DNA of 64,000 bases from Paraspadella gotoi (lineage: Eukaryota > Animalia > Chaetognatha), in contig CM119269.1 in the NCBI GenBank assembly GCA_051294375.1, positions 8,181,225-8,245,224 on the forward strand. Direction: 5' to 3'. The first letter of the stretch is position 1. Each line of letters starts with the position of its first letter. Position numbers and translations under genes: made by a program. Below the pieces are notes generated by a model, which was not told the DNA's origin, made no database searches, and saw nothing but the letters and a program-made list of their open reading frames with translations. Shown here piece by piece: positions 14,630 to 25,988 of this stretch.

Positions 14630-14862
14630 GTCTTTTCATATAATTGAAACATTCTTTGAAAAATAACCACTTCATTGGTTGGGAAGCCAGGTACTCTGGG
14701 AGTGAATAAACGAGTCTTGATTGAAAGCTTGCAGGCACATGTCATTATTTTGTGAGAGTGATGGAGACCTTAAACCACCAAAGCCTGTCCAAAGTCTGGG
14801 GCAAGATAGCTTATTTATTAAATGAATGGATAAAATTTATATTGGTTGTACCAATTTTATAT
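14630..14862 (+). repeat. Dispersed repeat family A, longer copy
   Basis: The match to the reverse complement of 50140-50400 extends upstream to include ggagtggtcttttcata..aaacattctttgaaa..ccacttcattg..gggaagccaggtactctgggagtgaataaac. Confidence 0.8.
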
Positions 14863-15360
14863 AACCAAAATAGAAATGCACTGTCCGACAGCATGCAGTA
14901 AGTACATGGATTGATGACTAGAACCTACTATGCATACATTCCTTAGTTATTCGGCAGCTTCTTCGGCTTTTTTGGGCCAATCATAATAGAGGGAAAACGG
15001 GACCATAAATTGGTTATAAAACGAAAACCCGACCGCGACCAAAATAAAGACGAGCCAGTGTCGATTCAATGAACCTCTGACTACATTCACGGTTGACAAA
15101 CCAGAACAAAATTCATAGAAAAAACGAGGAACCGGTTTGCAAGTTTGATTTTTTTTAGCTTTTGAAAACAAGAAACTGGTCATTCTGGTCATCTGATCAA
15201 GAATGAAAAATAAGATTTTCACAGCATCTTAACTCGGGATTCACGATCACGATGTGAGGTTTCAATACAGAAAAAAAATATCCTCAATCGATTTAACCCA
15301 CGTGAAAAAAGAGTTTTTCTCCCTTGACGCGTGTCTCTTATTTTCCTATTACGATCCATA

Positions 15361-17403
15361 ATGAAGTCAACGAAATCGTCAACCTTATTGGCTCTCCGCC
15401 TCGCGACGTCATTGACCGAGGCCTTAACCGCCACGCCAATTTGTTCTTTCTCATCAGCGCCATCTCTTACGATCTCTCCGGTGACGCGCGACCCGGCCAA
15501 ACTCGCCGCTCTCTCGCGTCTCGACGACTTTCATTTTCTGCCCGGAACCGAAATGCCAACTTTGCATTTCCAGCGGAGTCTCCCTCGTCTCCCGATTCCG
15601 CGACTCGAAGACACCTGTCGGCGATACTTGGCCGCTCAACGACCGCTTCTCAAGGACGCCGACTATGAGCGAACTAAAGATGCAACGGCCGAGTTTCTAG
15701 TCGGCGACGGTCGGCGTTTGCAAAAGGAACTGATCGTCCGGGATGATCAGAATCCCGAGACTTCGTACGTGAACAAATTTTGGTTGGAGAGCTATCTGAA
15801 GGATCGACGTCCTCTGCCGATCAATTCGAACACAAGCTCATTCTTGGCAAACGACGACAACAACAACGATCAACTCATCCGCGCTACCAACTTTCTCGTT
15901 TCCGCCGCGCGATTTTTCAATTCGCTGACGCAGGGAACGCTGGATCCGACGACGCTGCGCAGCGTGTCCGCCGCAGCCGACGTCTCAAAGTTGATTCGTT
16001 GCCCAGATACGCTGGCTACTTACCACGCCTACGCGGCGGGAATCGTGCCGCTGGATATGAGTCAGTTTGAGAATCTCTTTAACTCGACTCGGGTCCCTAA
16101 GATCGGTATGGACGAGCTCGTTAAAGGCGAAGGAGGTCACGTGATCGTCTTGAGAAAAGGTCACATGTATTCGGTTCCGATTTTAAAATCCGACGGATCG
16201 ATCGTCGATTTCGTCTCTATTCTCGCCAATCTCAAGTCCATCAAGGAAGATCCCCGCCCTCCGGCCGACGCCCCCGTCGCCGCCATCACCGCCACCGATC
16301 GAGACCACGCCCACAATCTCCGGAAGGCGCTCGTCGACGCGGGAAACGGCGCCTCTTTAGGGGAAATCGACTCGGCGCTCTTTTGTCTCTCGTTAATTGA
16401 CGCCGCTCCGAAAGATCGCGCCGAATTGAGCGCCGTTTTTCTCCGCGGCGTTGTGGATGGCATCGACATTTGGTTCGACAAGAGCGTCACGATGATGATT
16501 GACGATGACGGCGCCGCCGGCATCAATTTGGAACACTCGTGGGGCGACGCCATGACACTTTATCGTTTTATCAAAGAGATTTTTGTGGATTCGAACTCGC
16601 GGCCTACTATCGGCGTCACCGACCTCGCCCGATGCAGCCCGACGCCGCCGCGCAGTATCGAGTTCGCCGTGGAGGACGGGCTGCGTGACGAGCTTCGCCG
16701 CGTTGCTTCAAAACACCGAGAGAACGCGAAAACTCTGAAGATAAAACTGATGGATTTTCATAAGGCGAAGCGGGGCTTTTTCAAAAGCCACGGATTAAGT
16801 CCCGATTCTCTCCCTCAACTCGCATTTCAAATGGCTTATCACCGACTAACGAGAACGACTCCTTCGACATATGAGCCTTGCTCCACCGCCGCCTTCAAAG
16901 GCGGTCGCACGGAGACCATCCGTTCGGCCACTTTGGCCACCAAAGCCGCCGTCGAGGCCTTCGCCGCTCCGACTGCCGATTTCACCATCGGGAATTTCCG
17001 CGGACTTCTCGACGCCTGCTCCGTAGAACACCTCCGCCTGAGTGAGGAGGCAAAGATGGGCCAAGGCTTCGACAGGCATCTCTTCGCTCTGAGGAGGCTC
17101 GCGGAGGAGTCGGGCGACCGTCTTCCCAACATTTTTGTCGACGAGGCTTTCGACTCCATCAATCGAAATCTCCTCTGCACATCGACCATGAACGGAGTCG
17201 GCGTCAGCGGCGGACGCTTCGGCCCGGCAGCGCAGCAGGGTTTCGGACTCTGCTACAGATATTTGGATCGATTGACCGCCAGTATCACGTGGCGCGAAAG
17301 TAGCGCCGACGGTGACGGGTTCTGCGAGGCACTCGAGATTAGTTTGAATGATATTTTGGCAATTTTGGAAGGGAGGGTTTTTAGAGGGAAAAAAATGAGC
17401 TGA
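15361..17403 (+). CDS. CPT2: Carnitine O-palmitoyltransferase 2 (mitochondrial), intronless CDS
   Basis: 680-codon ORF from ATG 15361 (the track start at 15331 is GTG). Ser/Thr/Arg-rich presequence-like N-terminus. Motifs PTLHFQRSLPRLPIPRLEDT, WFDKS, catalytic EHSWGD, LSPDS..QLAFQMA, TYE.CSTAAFK.GRTETIR and MGQGFDRHLFAL are diagnostic of CPT2. Confidence 0.95.
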   Translation: MKSTKSSTLLALRLATSLTEALTATPICSFSSAPSLTISPVTRDPAKLAALSRLDDFHFLPGTEMPTLHFQRSLPRLPIPRLEDTCRRYLAAQRPLLKDADYERTKDATAEFLVGDGRRLQKELIVRDDQNPETSYVNKFWLESYLKDRRPLPINSNTSSFLANDDNNNDQLIRATNFLVSAARFFNSLTQGTLDPTTLRSVSAAADVSKLIRCPDTLATYHAYAAGIVPLDMSQFENLFNSTRVPKIGMDELVKGEGGHVIVLRKGHMYSVPILKSDGSIVDFVSILANLKSIKEDPRPPADAPVAAITATDRDHAHNLRKALVDAGNGASLGEIDSALFCLSLIDAAPKDRAELSAVFLRGVVDGIDIWFDKSVTMMIDDDGAAGINLEHSWGDAMTLYRFIKEIFVDSNSRPTIGVTDLARCSPTPPRSIEFAVEDGLRDELRRVASKHRENAKTLKIKLMDFHKAKRGFFKSHGLSPDSLPQLAFQMAYHRLTRTTPSTYEPCSTAAFKGGRTETIRSATLATKAAVEAFAAPTADFTIGNFRGLLDACSVEHLRLSEEAKMGQGFDRHLFALRRLAEESGDRLPNIFVDEAFDSINRNLLCTSTMNGVGVSGGRFGPAAQQGFGLCYRYLDRLTASITWRESSADGDGFCEALEISLNDILAILEGRVFRGKKMS

Positions 17404-18099
17404 CGTTGAGATCTTTTGTTAGCCACTTAATGGTATTGTTGGTTGCTACATTAGCTTTGCATCGGCGAAAGGAGTGCCGGCACTTTTTGCTATTTAAACT
17501 TAAAAATGATTGGCATAGGATTATTAGCAATGCCGCTGGTCTTGCCTCACAATTTGGTTCTGAAGGTCTGTAGAGAATTCCTGTTTCATTTTTTTCAAGT
17601 TGTGGATTATTTTAATATTTGGAGGATTTACTGAAAGAATATGAATGTTATTTTTATTGTTTCTCTCGTTTGATAAATAATCTTAAAGAATTTTTTTTTA
17701 TTAGATACATGAATATTTATTGAAGAGACAGTAATTATTGTGATGCGTTAAGAGGAAAGGTCATTCAGCATAACAATACGCAATCATTGATGTGTTAGAG
17801 CTAATATATCGAGAAAAAAAAATAAGTTCTTATTTATTTGTGTTCATTCTGTTTTCATAATTTTTTTTAAATGGGTAAATAACAAAAATTGTTAAGTTAA
17901 ATGGGTAAGCACATTTTTTAAAGATTTGTTTTCAATCTGGTTGTTAAAAAATTCTAGGTAAGCAAGTTAAAACCACGGTATGGAATAGTTTAGAAGGGAG
18001 AATTAAACAATTTAATCTCGTTACTCTGTTGGTTTTCCAGTCATGAACAAATCTTTAGTTAATAGATGGTAAAGAAATTCGAGCTACAATGAATCTAAC

Positions 18100-18380
18100 A
18101 TGAATTTGAAGAGTTGCAGCCTAAACGACTGCAATAATATTCAATTAAAAATTTGATTAGCAATCTTAAAAACATTTGTAAAAATGTAATAGAGAGACAT
18201 TTTGATAAACGGTTCAGTTAGAAAGAATTCAGGGTTAAAGTTTAAAAACGTTTCATTTTAAGGATACAAGTTGAAATTTAAAAAATGTCTCTCTATTACA
18301 TTTTTCTAATTCAGTAATAAAGAATTCATAAAAAATATCAGATGGATTGGCCTTTCGTTTGACCTGCAACTCTTCAGATA
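18100..18380. mobile_element. Palindromic MITE-like element
   Basis: Nested inverted pairs: gaagagttgcag (~18108) / ctgcaactcttc (~18364), and aaaatgtaatagagagacatttt (18181) / aaaatgtctctctattacatttt (~18282). Confidence 0.55.
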
Positions 18381-18540
18381 GGTTTCTTTATTTTATATTA
18401 TAATTAAAACCGATATAAAATGGGGTAGAATGCATCAAATGCCTTAACATACAACATTTTTCGGAATCGCCAGGAAGCTCAGTTTCTGTAAATTTAGTAC
18501 TTGCCATTTTAGCTATTTTGAAGGAAGTAATACTTATTTC

Positions 18541-18712
18541 GTTAATGACAGAACCGTTCAATATAAGCAGTCCCTGAGCTTTGGATCAGGCTGAAACACC
18601 GTCCCTCTTAACTGCTAGGCGACCACCGGCAAGAAACCCGGACCTATGGTTGGAGATGAATGACTTGCCTCCTGCACAATGGCCGCTGATGAACGGTTGG
18701 TGGATTTTAGTC
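18541..18712 (-). mobile_element. tRNA-derived SINE, copy with internal deletion
   Basis: Reverse complement matches 30640-30840. Confidence 0.7.
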
Positions 18713-18927
18713 AACCATATATCCCCCCCTCTCTTAGGGAGAAGTCAGTTACGTCTCTTCAGTGAATTGTTGTTGATGAAAAGTTCGTCACCAGGTTGAG
18801 GCATGTCGCCTCATGTGTTATTGGTGGTAAGTGCATGACCAGGTTGAGGCATGTCGCCTGAAAGTGTTGTTGCTGTTGTGTTCGGAAGTTGGGCTCACCA
18901 ATGAAGAGGCAGTAATTATTGTTATGT

Positions 18928-19120
18928 GTTAATGACAGAACCATTCAATATAAGCAGTCCCTGTGCTTTAGATCAGGCTGTAACAGCGACTTACAGGCGG
19001 GTTAAGCGCCACGTCCCTCTTAACTGCAAGGCGACCACCGGGCAAGAAACCTTTGGGTTGGGAGGCGAATGACTTGCCTCCTGCACCAATGGCAGATGAT
19101 GAACGGTTGGTGGATTTTAG
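18928..19120 (-). mobile_element. tRNA-derived SINE copy
   Basis: Reverse complement matches 30640-30840 over ~190 bp. Confidence 0.75.
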
Positions 19121-19229
19121 AGAAATAATTTGATTGAAAATATGAAGATTAGGAGAAACTGCAAATAACCTTGATCGTGGCCGGGCGAAACCTGATCCCT
19201 CGACGCCCCATAGCGGTTTTGCTGATTGC

Positions 19230-19302
19230 AAAAGGCGAATAGTGAAGGACGAAAGGCGAATATTGAAGGACGAAAGGCGAATAGCGAAGGACGAAAGGCG
19301 AA
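19230..19302. repeat. 21-bp tandem repeat (aaaggcgaatagcgaaggacg), ~3.5 copies
   Basis: Direct inspection. Confidence 0.8.
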
Positions 19303-20896
19303 ATCGAATGGCGAACGACAGACGTTAAAGGACGGAGGTTGAACAAAGAAAAGTGTACAAGAGGGAAGAGGCAAATAGCAAATGGAAATAGGCAAGAGGA
19401 CTGAAGAAAAAATAAAATACAAAAGATCAAAAAGTTAACAGATTTACAATGAAGTAAAAGAAAAATTGTCAGGGAGAAAAAAATTTAAGTGAATTTGGAA
19501 AAAAAAAAGAGAAGGAAGCAAAGTAAGAAACAAGCAAAAGGCGAAATGTAAATTGCAAAAGGCTATATGCTCAAGGCGAATAATAAAATGCGAAAAACTG
19601 TTAAATCTTTATAACTGCAGAGAAATTAATGAAAGCGAGGGCCGGTGTGAAGATTTTTTCACGATCTATGGTCAAAAGTTCACAACATTCGTTTTCATTA
19701 TCCAAGCAAAGTCGCTGCTTTCTACAGTTGGGAATAAATTATCAGATTTCCTTTTTTTGTATTTTAGTCGTTATTGGTTTTCTTTGGTTTGATTTATTTT
19801 ATAGAATTGTCTATGAAAATAATAAAGCGTCCACTATATGATTTCTCTTCATTTTTTTCTTTGGTTTAAAGTAGATATGATTGACTTCTCCGCTGGCGAC
19901 AGTTATGAGTTAAACGCTTTTGCCAGTTTCCGTTCCTTATCTTGCGTGCGGCGCCCTTTATTCTTTGCCAATGTCTCATCGTTGCGCAGACACCATGACA
20001 TCAAGACTTGAGAGAATCGAAACATCGCTTTTTCTTTTCTCGCAGGCGATGCGCCGAGTCGGTCGACCGCGGTCAAAGACACGGGTCAGGCAATGGTCAG
20101 GTCAAAATAAACTAATTACGAAACTCAGGTCGGATACGATTACGGTAAAAACTCAGAAAAGAAACTCTGTATTACTGATGCATATTTTTTGGTCATTGGT
20201 ACGATTTGACGGGATACGAGAAACAAATGAGATTTGCTTAAACGGAGCTTGGGCGAAGGAAAAAGCAATTGAACGGTCGCTCCTTTAAAGGTTTTTTAAT
20301 TGATACTTTCATTTTCAAAAATATATTGTATCAGTAATGTATTGCCCTGAATTAGTGGTTTGCTGGGAAAAAACTAAAGGAAGAAAGCGCTTCGACAGGG
20401 AATTTCCACCGGATGCTTCTTTGACTTTTGACTTTTTCTTTGACAATTGCAACATTAAGCTTCATCTTTGCAGGATTTGTTGATGCTTTTTTCTTGCAGA
20501 TCAGTCCGCAACATGGGTTAGAGGTCACAAGCTCCAATACCGGGGTAGCAATTTATTGACACCATGACTTGGTCTATGAACACCAATTTGTTTAATTATT
20601 TTCTCTATCATTAACACTACTATTGAGTAATATAAATTAATTTACCGAACCAGAACCTTTTTTCTTTGATGTAATTAAAAATATTAAATTTTCAGTAGAG
20701 TGAAAGTCGTTGATGATACTAACATGAATTTCTAAATATATACCTGAATGTAAATTGAAAAAAAAGATATAGATTAGTAGTTTACAAAGATTATAGATTA
20801 ATAAATAATAAATTAATAAAATTAATAAATAAATAATAATTAAATAAATAATAAATTATAAATTATAGATTAATTATAGATTAACGGTTTACTCAC

Positions 20897-21091
20897 CTGA
20901 CGTCCTCTCCTTTTGTTACGTTTTTTATTTCTACGTTGCCCTTTTGTTTTCTCCGCTTGTTTTCTTCTTCTTTTTTGTTCTTCCTCTTCCCCTTGATTTT
21001 TAACTTCTTGATCCTCCTCTTCGTCGCAGGCCCATCTGCCGTCGATTCCTCTCAGCGTCTCCGCCGCCTCGCATCCTTTCGATCTCGGCAT
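20897..21091 (-). CDS. Possible first coding exon of an unidentified gene (charged, Lys/Arg-rich)
   Basis: gtcaccATG Kozak-like start, 65 codons (MPRSKGCEAAETLRGIDGRWACDEEED...KRRGRQ) and a perfect CAG|gtgagt donor. No downstream exon established. Confidence 0.3.
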
Positions 21092-21774
21092 GGTGACAGC
21101 TGATAGATGCCGCAGATGTCGCAGATGCCGCACGATACTGTACGGAACTATTGAAGATAATAAAAATTGCGACGTGGCACTATCATATCGAAATAATTTT
21201 TTTTATCGAATAAGGTTAGTCGATCGTACAAAAATATATATGCCTTTAATTAATTAGGGACTATCATCGGAATCCTCTCAAGCAATATCAGTTGTCAAAA
21301 ATCATTTCTTTAGGAGATATAAGGCTTTTCTCTATTTCAGACTCACTTTGGTCGACGTATATTCCAGGAACTTTATGATGAATTTACTTTTTTTTTAAAT
21401 CTTGATAAACAACTGGATACCTAGCATGGATTAATAACAAATTTTCTAAAAATGTTTTACTGTATTTGAGTTTTGAAAACTAGCTTAAATATATAGGGAA
21501 TCATGGGGAATCACTACCATTCTAATTAAATATAATGATTGATATTATAACGCACTTGATGGTTCGGGATTTCATCCGCAACGATCCGCAAATGAGTAAT
21601 GCCAAAATGATTTTCTAATTAATTTTTTTTAACACTTCGATAAGAACCATTTACTAAGTAGAATATTTTTTAACTGCGGATTTGAAGTGGTTAAGAAAAC
21701 TAAATTTTCTTCATGGCTGAAAGACTAAGAGTCAGCATCGGATCGACAAAAACGAGGATTATTTGTTTCGGGTT

Positions 21775-21875
21775 TCGGTTAGAGATAAGGTTAGATTAGG
21801 GGATAGAGATTAGGGTTGGATTAGGGTTAGAGATTAGGGTAGGGATTAGGGTTAGGATTAAGGTTAGGGATTAGT
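21775..21875. repeat. Degenerate (TTAGGG)-like repeat
   Basis: ggttagggttag-type units; similar patches at 24160-24255, 3720-3810(-) and 63185-63340(-). Confidence 0.6.
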
Positions 21876-23185
21876 GTGTTCTTTCCTATCTAGCTACTTT
21901 TACAATAAAAAAATGTTGGCTTGCTGGGTGTGTCTCATCGGTCGGGATGAAGATCGACAAGAACGACGACGATAATTTTAAATTTTGAACGATGGAGGAA
22001 GCACAGTGTAAAAATATTGATTAGAAATTTGACATCAAATGTTTTCTTTAAAAGAAGGAAAATGCAAAAAAAACCATAACTTGTAAATTCAAATTATAAT
22101 TTTACTCAATCTCTATTTGATACTCCATTTTATCAAAAATTAGTAGTTAAAAACATGTTAGTACTCTATTAACTTCCTCGCTTAACTGATTGAATCAATT
22201 GCTCTTTAAACTTTTTGTTTTACCCTATTTGAGAGGCAAAAAATTTAAAAAAGCTAAAAAAATGCGCGTTAGCTTCGGGTCATCTTTAGGAATCGTAAAA
22301 AATATCAAATTTACATTTTTTCCTTTTTGGAAATATTAAGATTTTATGAGAAAACTCTAAAGTTTTAACGAATTACTCTGGTTAAGCTATCCGAATATGC
22401 ATTATATAATTTTTCCGATTTTAAACGTCACTTCGATCAATAGTGCGTGGTAGGATTGAAGCTTGCTTTTTAGAATTGTGTAAAAAAGAGAGCAATACTA
22501 CAATTAGTAATTTGAACGAAAAAAAAGAGCAAGGACTCTGACGAGGCTGACCACGTAAGCGAAAGAGATTATAGCGAATAAAAAGTAACGCGACTTGAAA
22601 AGAAACTTCAAAAGTTTTTTTTTCCTTTTTGTTCCAATTTAAGTGGGAGGAGCAGGAGGAGGAGCAGGAGGAGGAGGGGGAAGATGGAGGAACCCGGGCT
22701 TCCGGTTCTATCGCCTGACGAAAATGTGGTGAGAGTGAATGTGGTAAAGTGTGGTGGCATGGTGATTGGTGAGTGTGAGGGATGGTCACTGGTCACTGAC
22801 CAGTGGTCAGTGTGGAAATTAGTGATTGTGACGAGGTGATCTCACTTGGCTGGGACATTAGGAGGACGAAATCAACGAGATTTGGATTATCTGAAGGCTA
22901 AAGAAATATGGGTCAACAGTGGCATCAAGAGCCACGGGAGCCATCCTATCATTGTAGTAGTTATTATAGTTAAAAGCAATGGATTTAAAAAAAAAAAGAC
23001 TAGAGAAAGTTAATCGAGTCCAAGTGATGTAGACGTAGTGGTGCCATTATGGTGTAGAGGTTTCATGTCACCCGATATTCCAATTCCAATATTGGATTTT
23101 GTCAACTTACTAAAGCTGCCATTTTTGAATCTAATGAGGTTTCATCGATTTTAATGGGATTTTTTTTTCTGTAAGGACGAATAGC

Positions 23186-23238
<53 letters not shown>

Positions 23239-23796
23239 TTAAGGCGGGCAAAAGTTTATCACATTTCATCATAAGATAAAATTTAATGAGTAGTAAAGAT
23301 TGACGATTGTTTTTTCCATCCACCGTAAACTCATTTTCACTTGCACTCTTCCATCATTTGAAACTTGATTTACAGCGCTATCGCACACTACTAATTGAGT
23401 ACTCAATGTATCCATCAAATTGAAGATTAATGCTACGGAAGGACGGACATAATGCCAGACAGACTGATGGACGGATATATCCATTTATTTATAATTTTTA
23501 TTATTCGATGTTCTAAGATGTTTTAAGTGACTTACTTATTCAACTATTGGGAGCGATCTACAGACCGACAGAGTAAATTATAAGGTTGGGTCTTCTTTAA
23601 CAGATCTGACTAAAAATAGATTCAATTCGGCTGATCTTCTTAACAGATACATTCTCCAAGATTATTTTAATTCCTGATGGATGAAGAAATAATACAATAA
23701 TTTAAAATAAGTTTTTCGACCAAATAATTGAGGGTAAGCGACTGAAAGACGAAGTGAATTATAAATTCAGTGACCATACCCAAAAACTAAATAAGC

Positions 23797-23937
23797 GGTA
23801 AAATTTTACTTTCGCCGACCGGGGTTTTGGTGTCTTTTGAAAAACCTTAAACCTTTCGCCGACCAGGGTAAGGTTGGGCGGTTTAAGGTTTTTTCAAAAG
23901 ACACCAAAACCCCTGTCGGCGAAAGTAAAATTAACCC
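23797..23937. mobile_element. Short hairpin MITE with ~55-bp inverted arms and apparent 8-bp target-site duplication
   Basis: aattttactttcgccgac.ggggttttggtgtcttttgaaaaaccttaaacc is inverted at 23880-23932. aaataagc flanks both sides (23789-23796 and 23938-23945). Confidence 0.75.
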
Positions 23938-24601
23938 AAATAAGCCTGAACGTTAATTATTAAAGTTCAGAATGAAAAAAAAAAAATCCAAAACAAAATT
24001 TTTAGAATTCCTGCCGTCGAAAGTATCTTAAGCTAATTTTTTTTTTAATTTTCAAAAATCTTTTTTTATGCGCCGCCAACTTTTAGTTCATTGGTCGGTT
24101 TTACTTATATTTTAATTATTTATAATTTAGATACAATAATACATATATTTTTGGGCCTTTCTAGGTTAGGGTATGGGAGAGGGATAGATTAGGATTAGAA
24201 CTTAGATTTAGGGTTAGGGTTAAATATTGGGGATTGGGGTTTAGGGTTAGGGTTAAAGACGAGGCAATGTGTTTGTTATTAAAAAAATGAGTGCTAAATA
24301 TTGAGATTAAAATTAAGTTCAGGGATTAGGTTATCACATCACTGCACAAGAATATGAACTTAATTGATGAAGTTTTACCCGAGTTTCAAGCAATTAAAAC
24401 CTTAGTGGGACAGATTAGTGAATAAACAGAAATATTGATCGACCAACCAAAAAATTACTTCTCTTACGGCAAAACTAAAGACCAGCTTTTTCAACTTTAA
24501 GTTATTATACATATATATATATAAAATATGATAATATATAATAAAAATGAAAAATTCACATTGTGCAATACTTTGAAATTATCATTCATTGTTTTTCAGC
24601 A

Positions 24602-25378
24602 ATGAATCTTGCAGCTTCTCAGAACCGCTCTATCGTCTACCTGACAAGAGTGGAAAGATTTAGCGCAGCGCACCGTCTTTTCAGCAACTCATTGTCAGAA
24701 GAGGAAAACTGGGAAATCTTTGGAAAATGCAATAATCCTAATGGACACGGTCATAATTACAAGGTATGGGAAAGTCCCCTTTTATAAAATTTTTTTTAGA
24801 TAATAGTATTAATAATTAAACAAGTTTGAGCAAACAATGTCGGATCTGCCTACGATAATTAATTAATTAAATTAATAGATTAATTAATAATTAATTAATA
24901 GATTAATTAAATAATTAATAGATTAATTAATAATTAATTAATAGATTAATTAAATAATTAATAGATTAATTATAATTTATATTCAGCTTGTCATCATCGA
25001 TGTCCCTTAAAATTGATCAGAAGTTTATAGTTTTGTACATTTATTCAAAACAACACAATATCCTCTATTATCCGAGCCAGGCGGCAAGCACGTCCTGTCC
25101 TAGTTTTGATTACGTTTAGCTTTCGGTCTGCTTTCTTTGCAAATCATGGTTCTGAAAATGTGATATCATAGGGGTTTGATTCATTATGGCTTCTTCATCA
25201 AGATCTTTAAAAATTCTATGTTTCATAATCAATATTCGTATTGTTTACGTTTTATTTAGCAAACAAAAACGTTTTAATTATATGCGTCGCTCTCTTCTCT
25301 CTCTTCTTTTTTCTCCGTCACTGCTTCTTCTGATTGTCTAAAAAAAAACGAGTTCCGGCTCTGCAGCTCTGTCCAGCT

Positions 25379-25409
<31 letters not shown>

Positions 25410-25943
25410 TTTTTTTTTTACAAAAAAATTTTTTAGATCATAATGTGGCGCTCTGTCACTAATGTAAAAAACGATTTGCCGCGAACCGTGCGCGGAACCC
25501 GGGTCCTTTGCGAGCAGGAATAGCTCACGCTATTGAGCGGCGCCTAAGTACTGCTGATTCTTTAACGAGTAAAGGGGGCTGTAGAGCTTTCTCTCTCTCT
25601 CTCTCTTTTTAAATTATTATATATCGCTTCTTTCTCTTTCTTTTTTTTCTCTGCAGCCGGCTGTCTCTCTCTCTCTCTCTTTTTTCCTCTCTCTCTCTCT
25701 GTCTCTCTGTCTCTCTTGTGGTGTCTGCCCTATCTGCCGAATCTCTTGCGTGGATCGTTTGTTTTTTTGAAAAATTCTGATTATTTTTTTCCTTCTAAAA
25801 ACTTTTTATTATTGCCATTTTATTCCACGCTTTTTTCAATACAAAAATCCCATATTTTTCATCCGAGATTTTCATGGATTTATTCTCTTTCTTTCTCTCT
25901 CTCTCTCTCTTCTCTCTCTTCTTCTCTCTCTCTCCTCTCTCTC

Positions 25944-25988
<45 letters not shown>

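Noticed and set aside
21775-21875. Telomere or interstitial telomeric array
   Set aside because: Short, degenerate and present in several interior patches; no pure TTAGGG tract.
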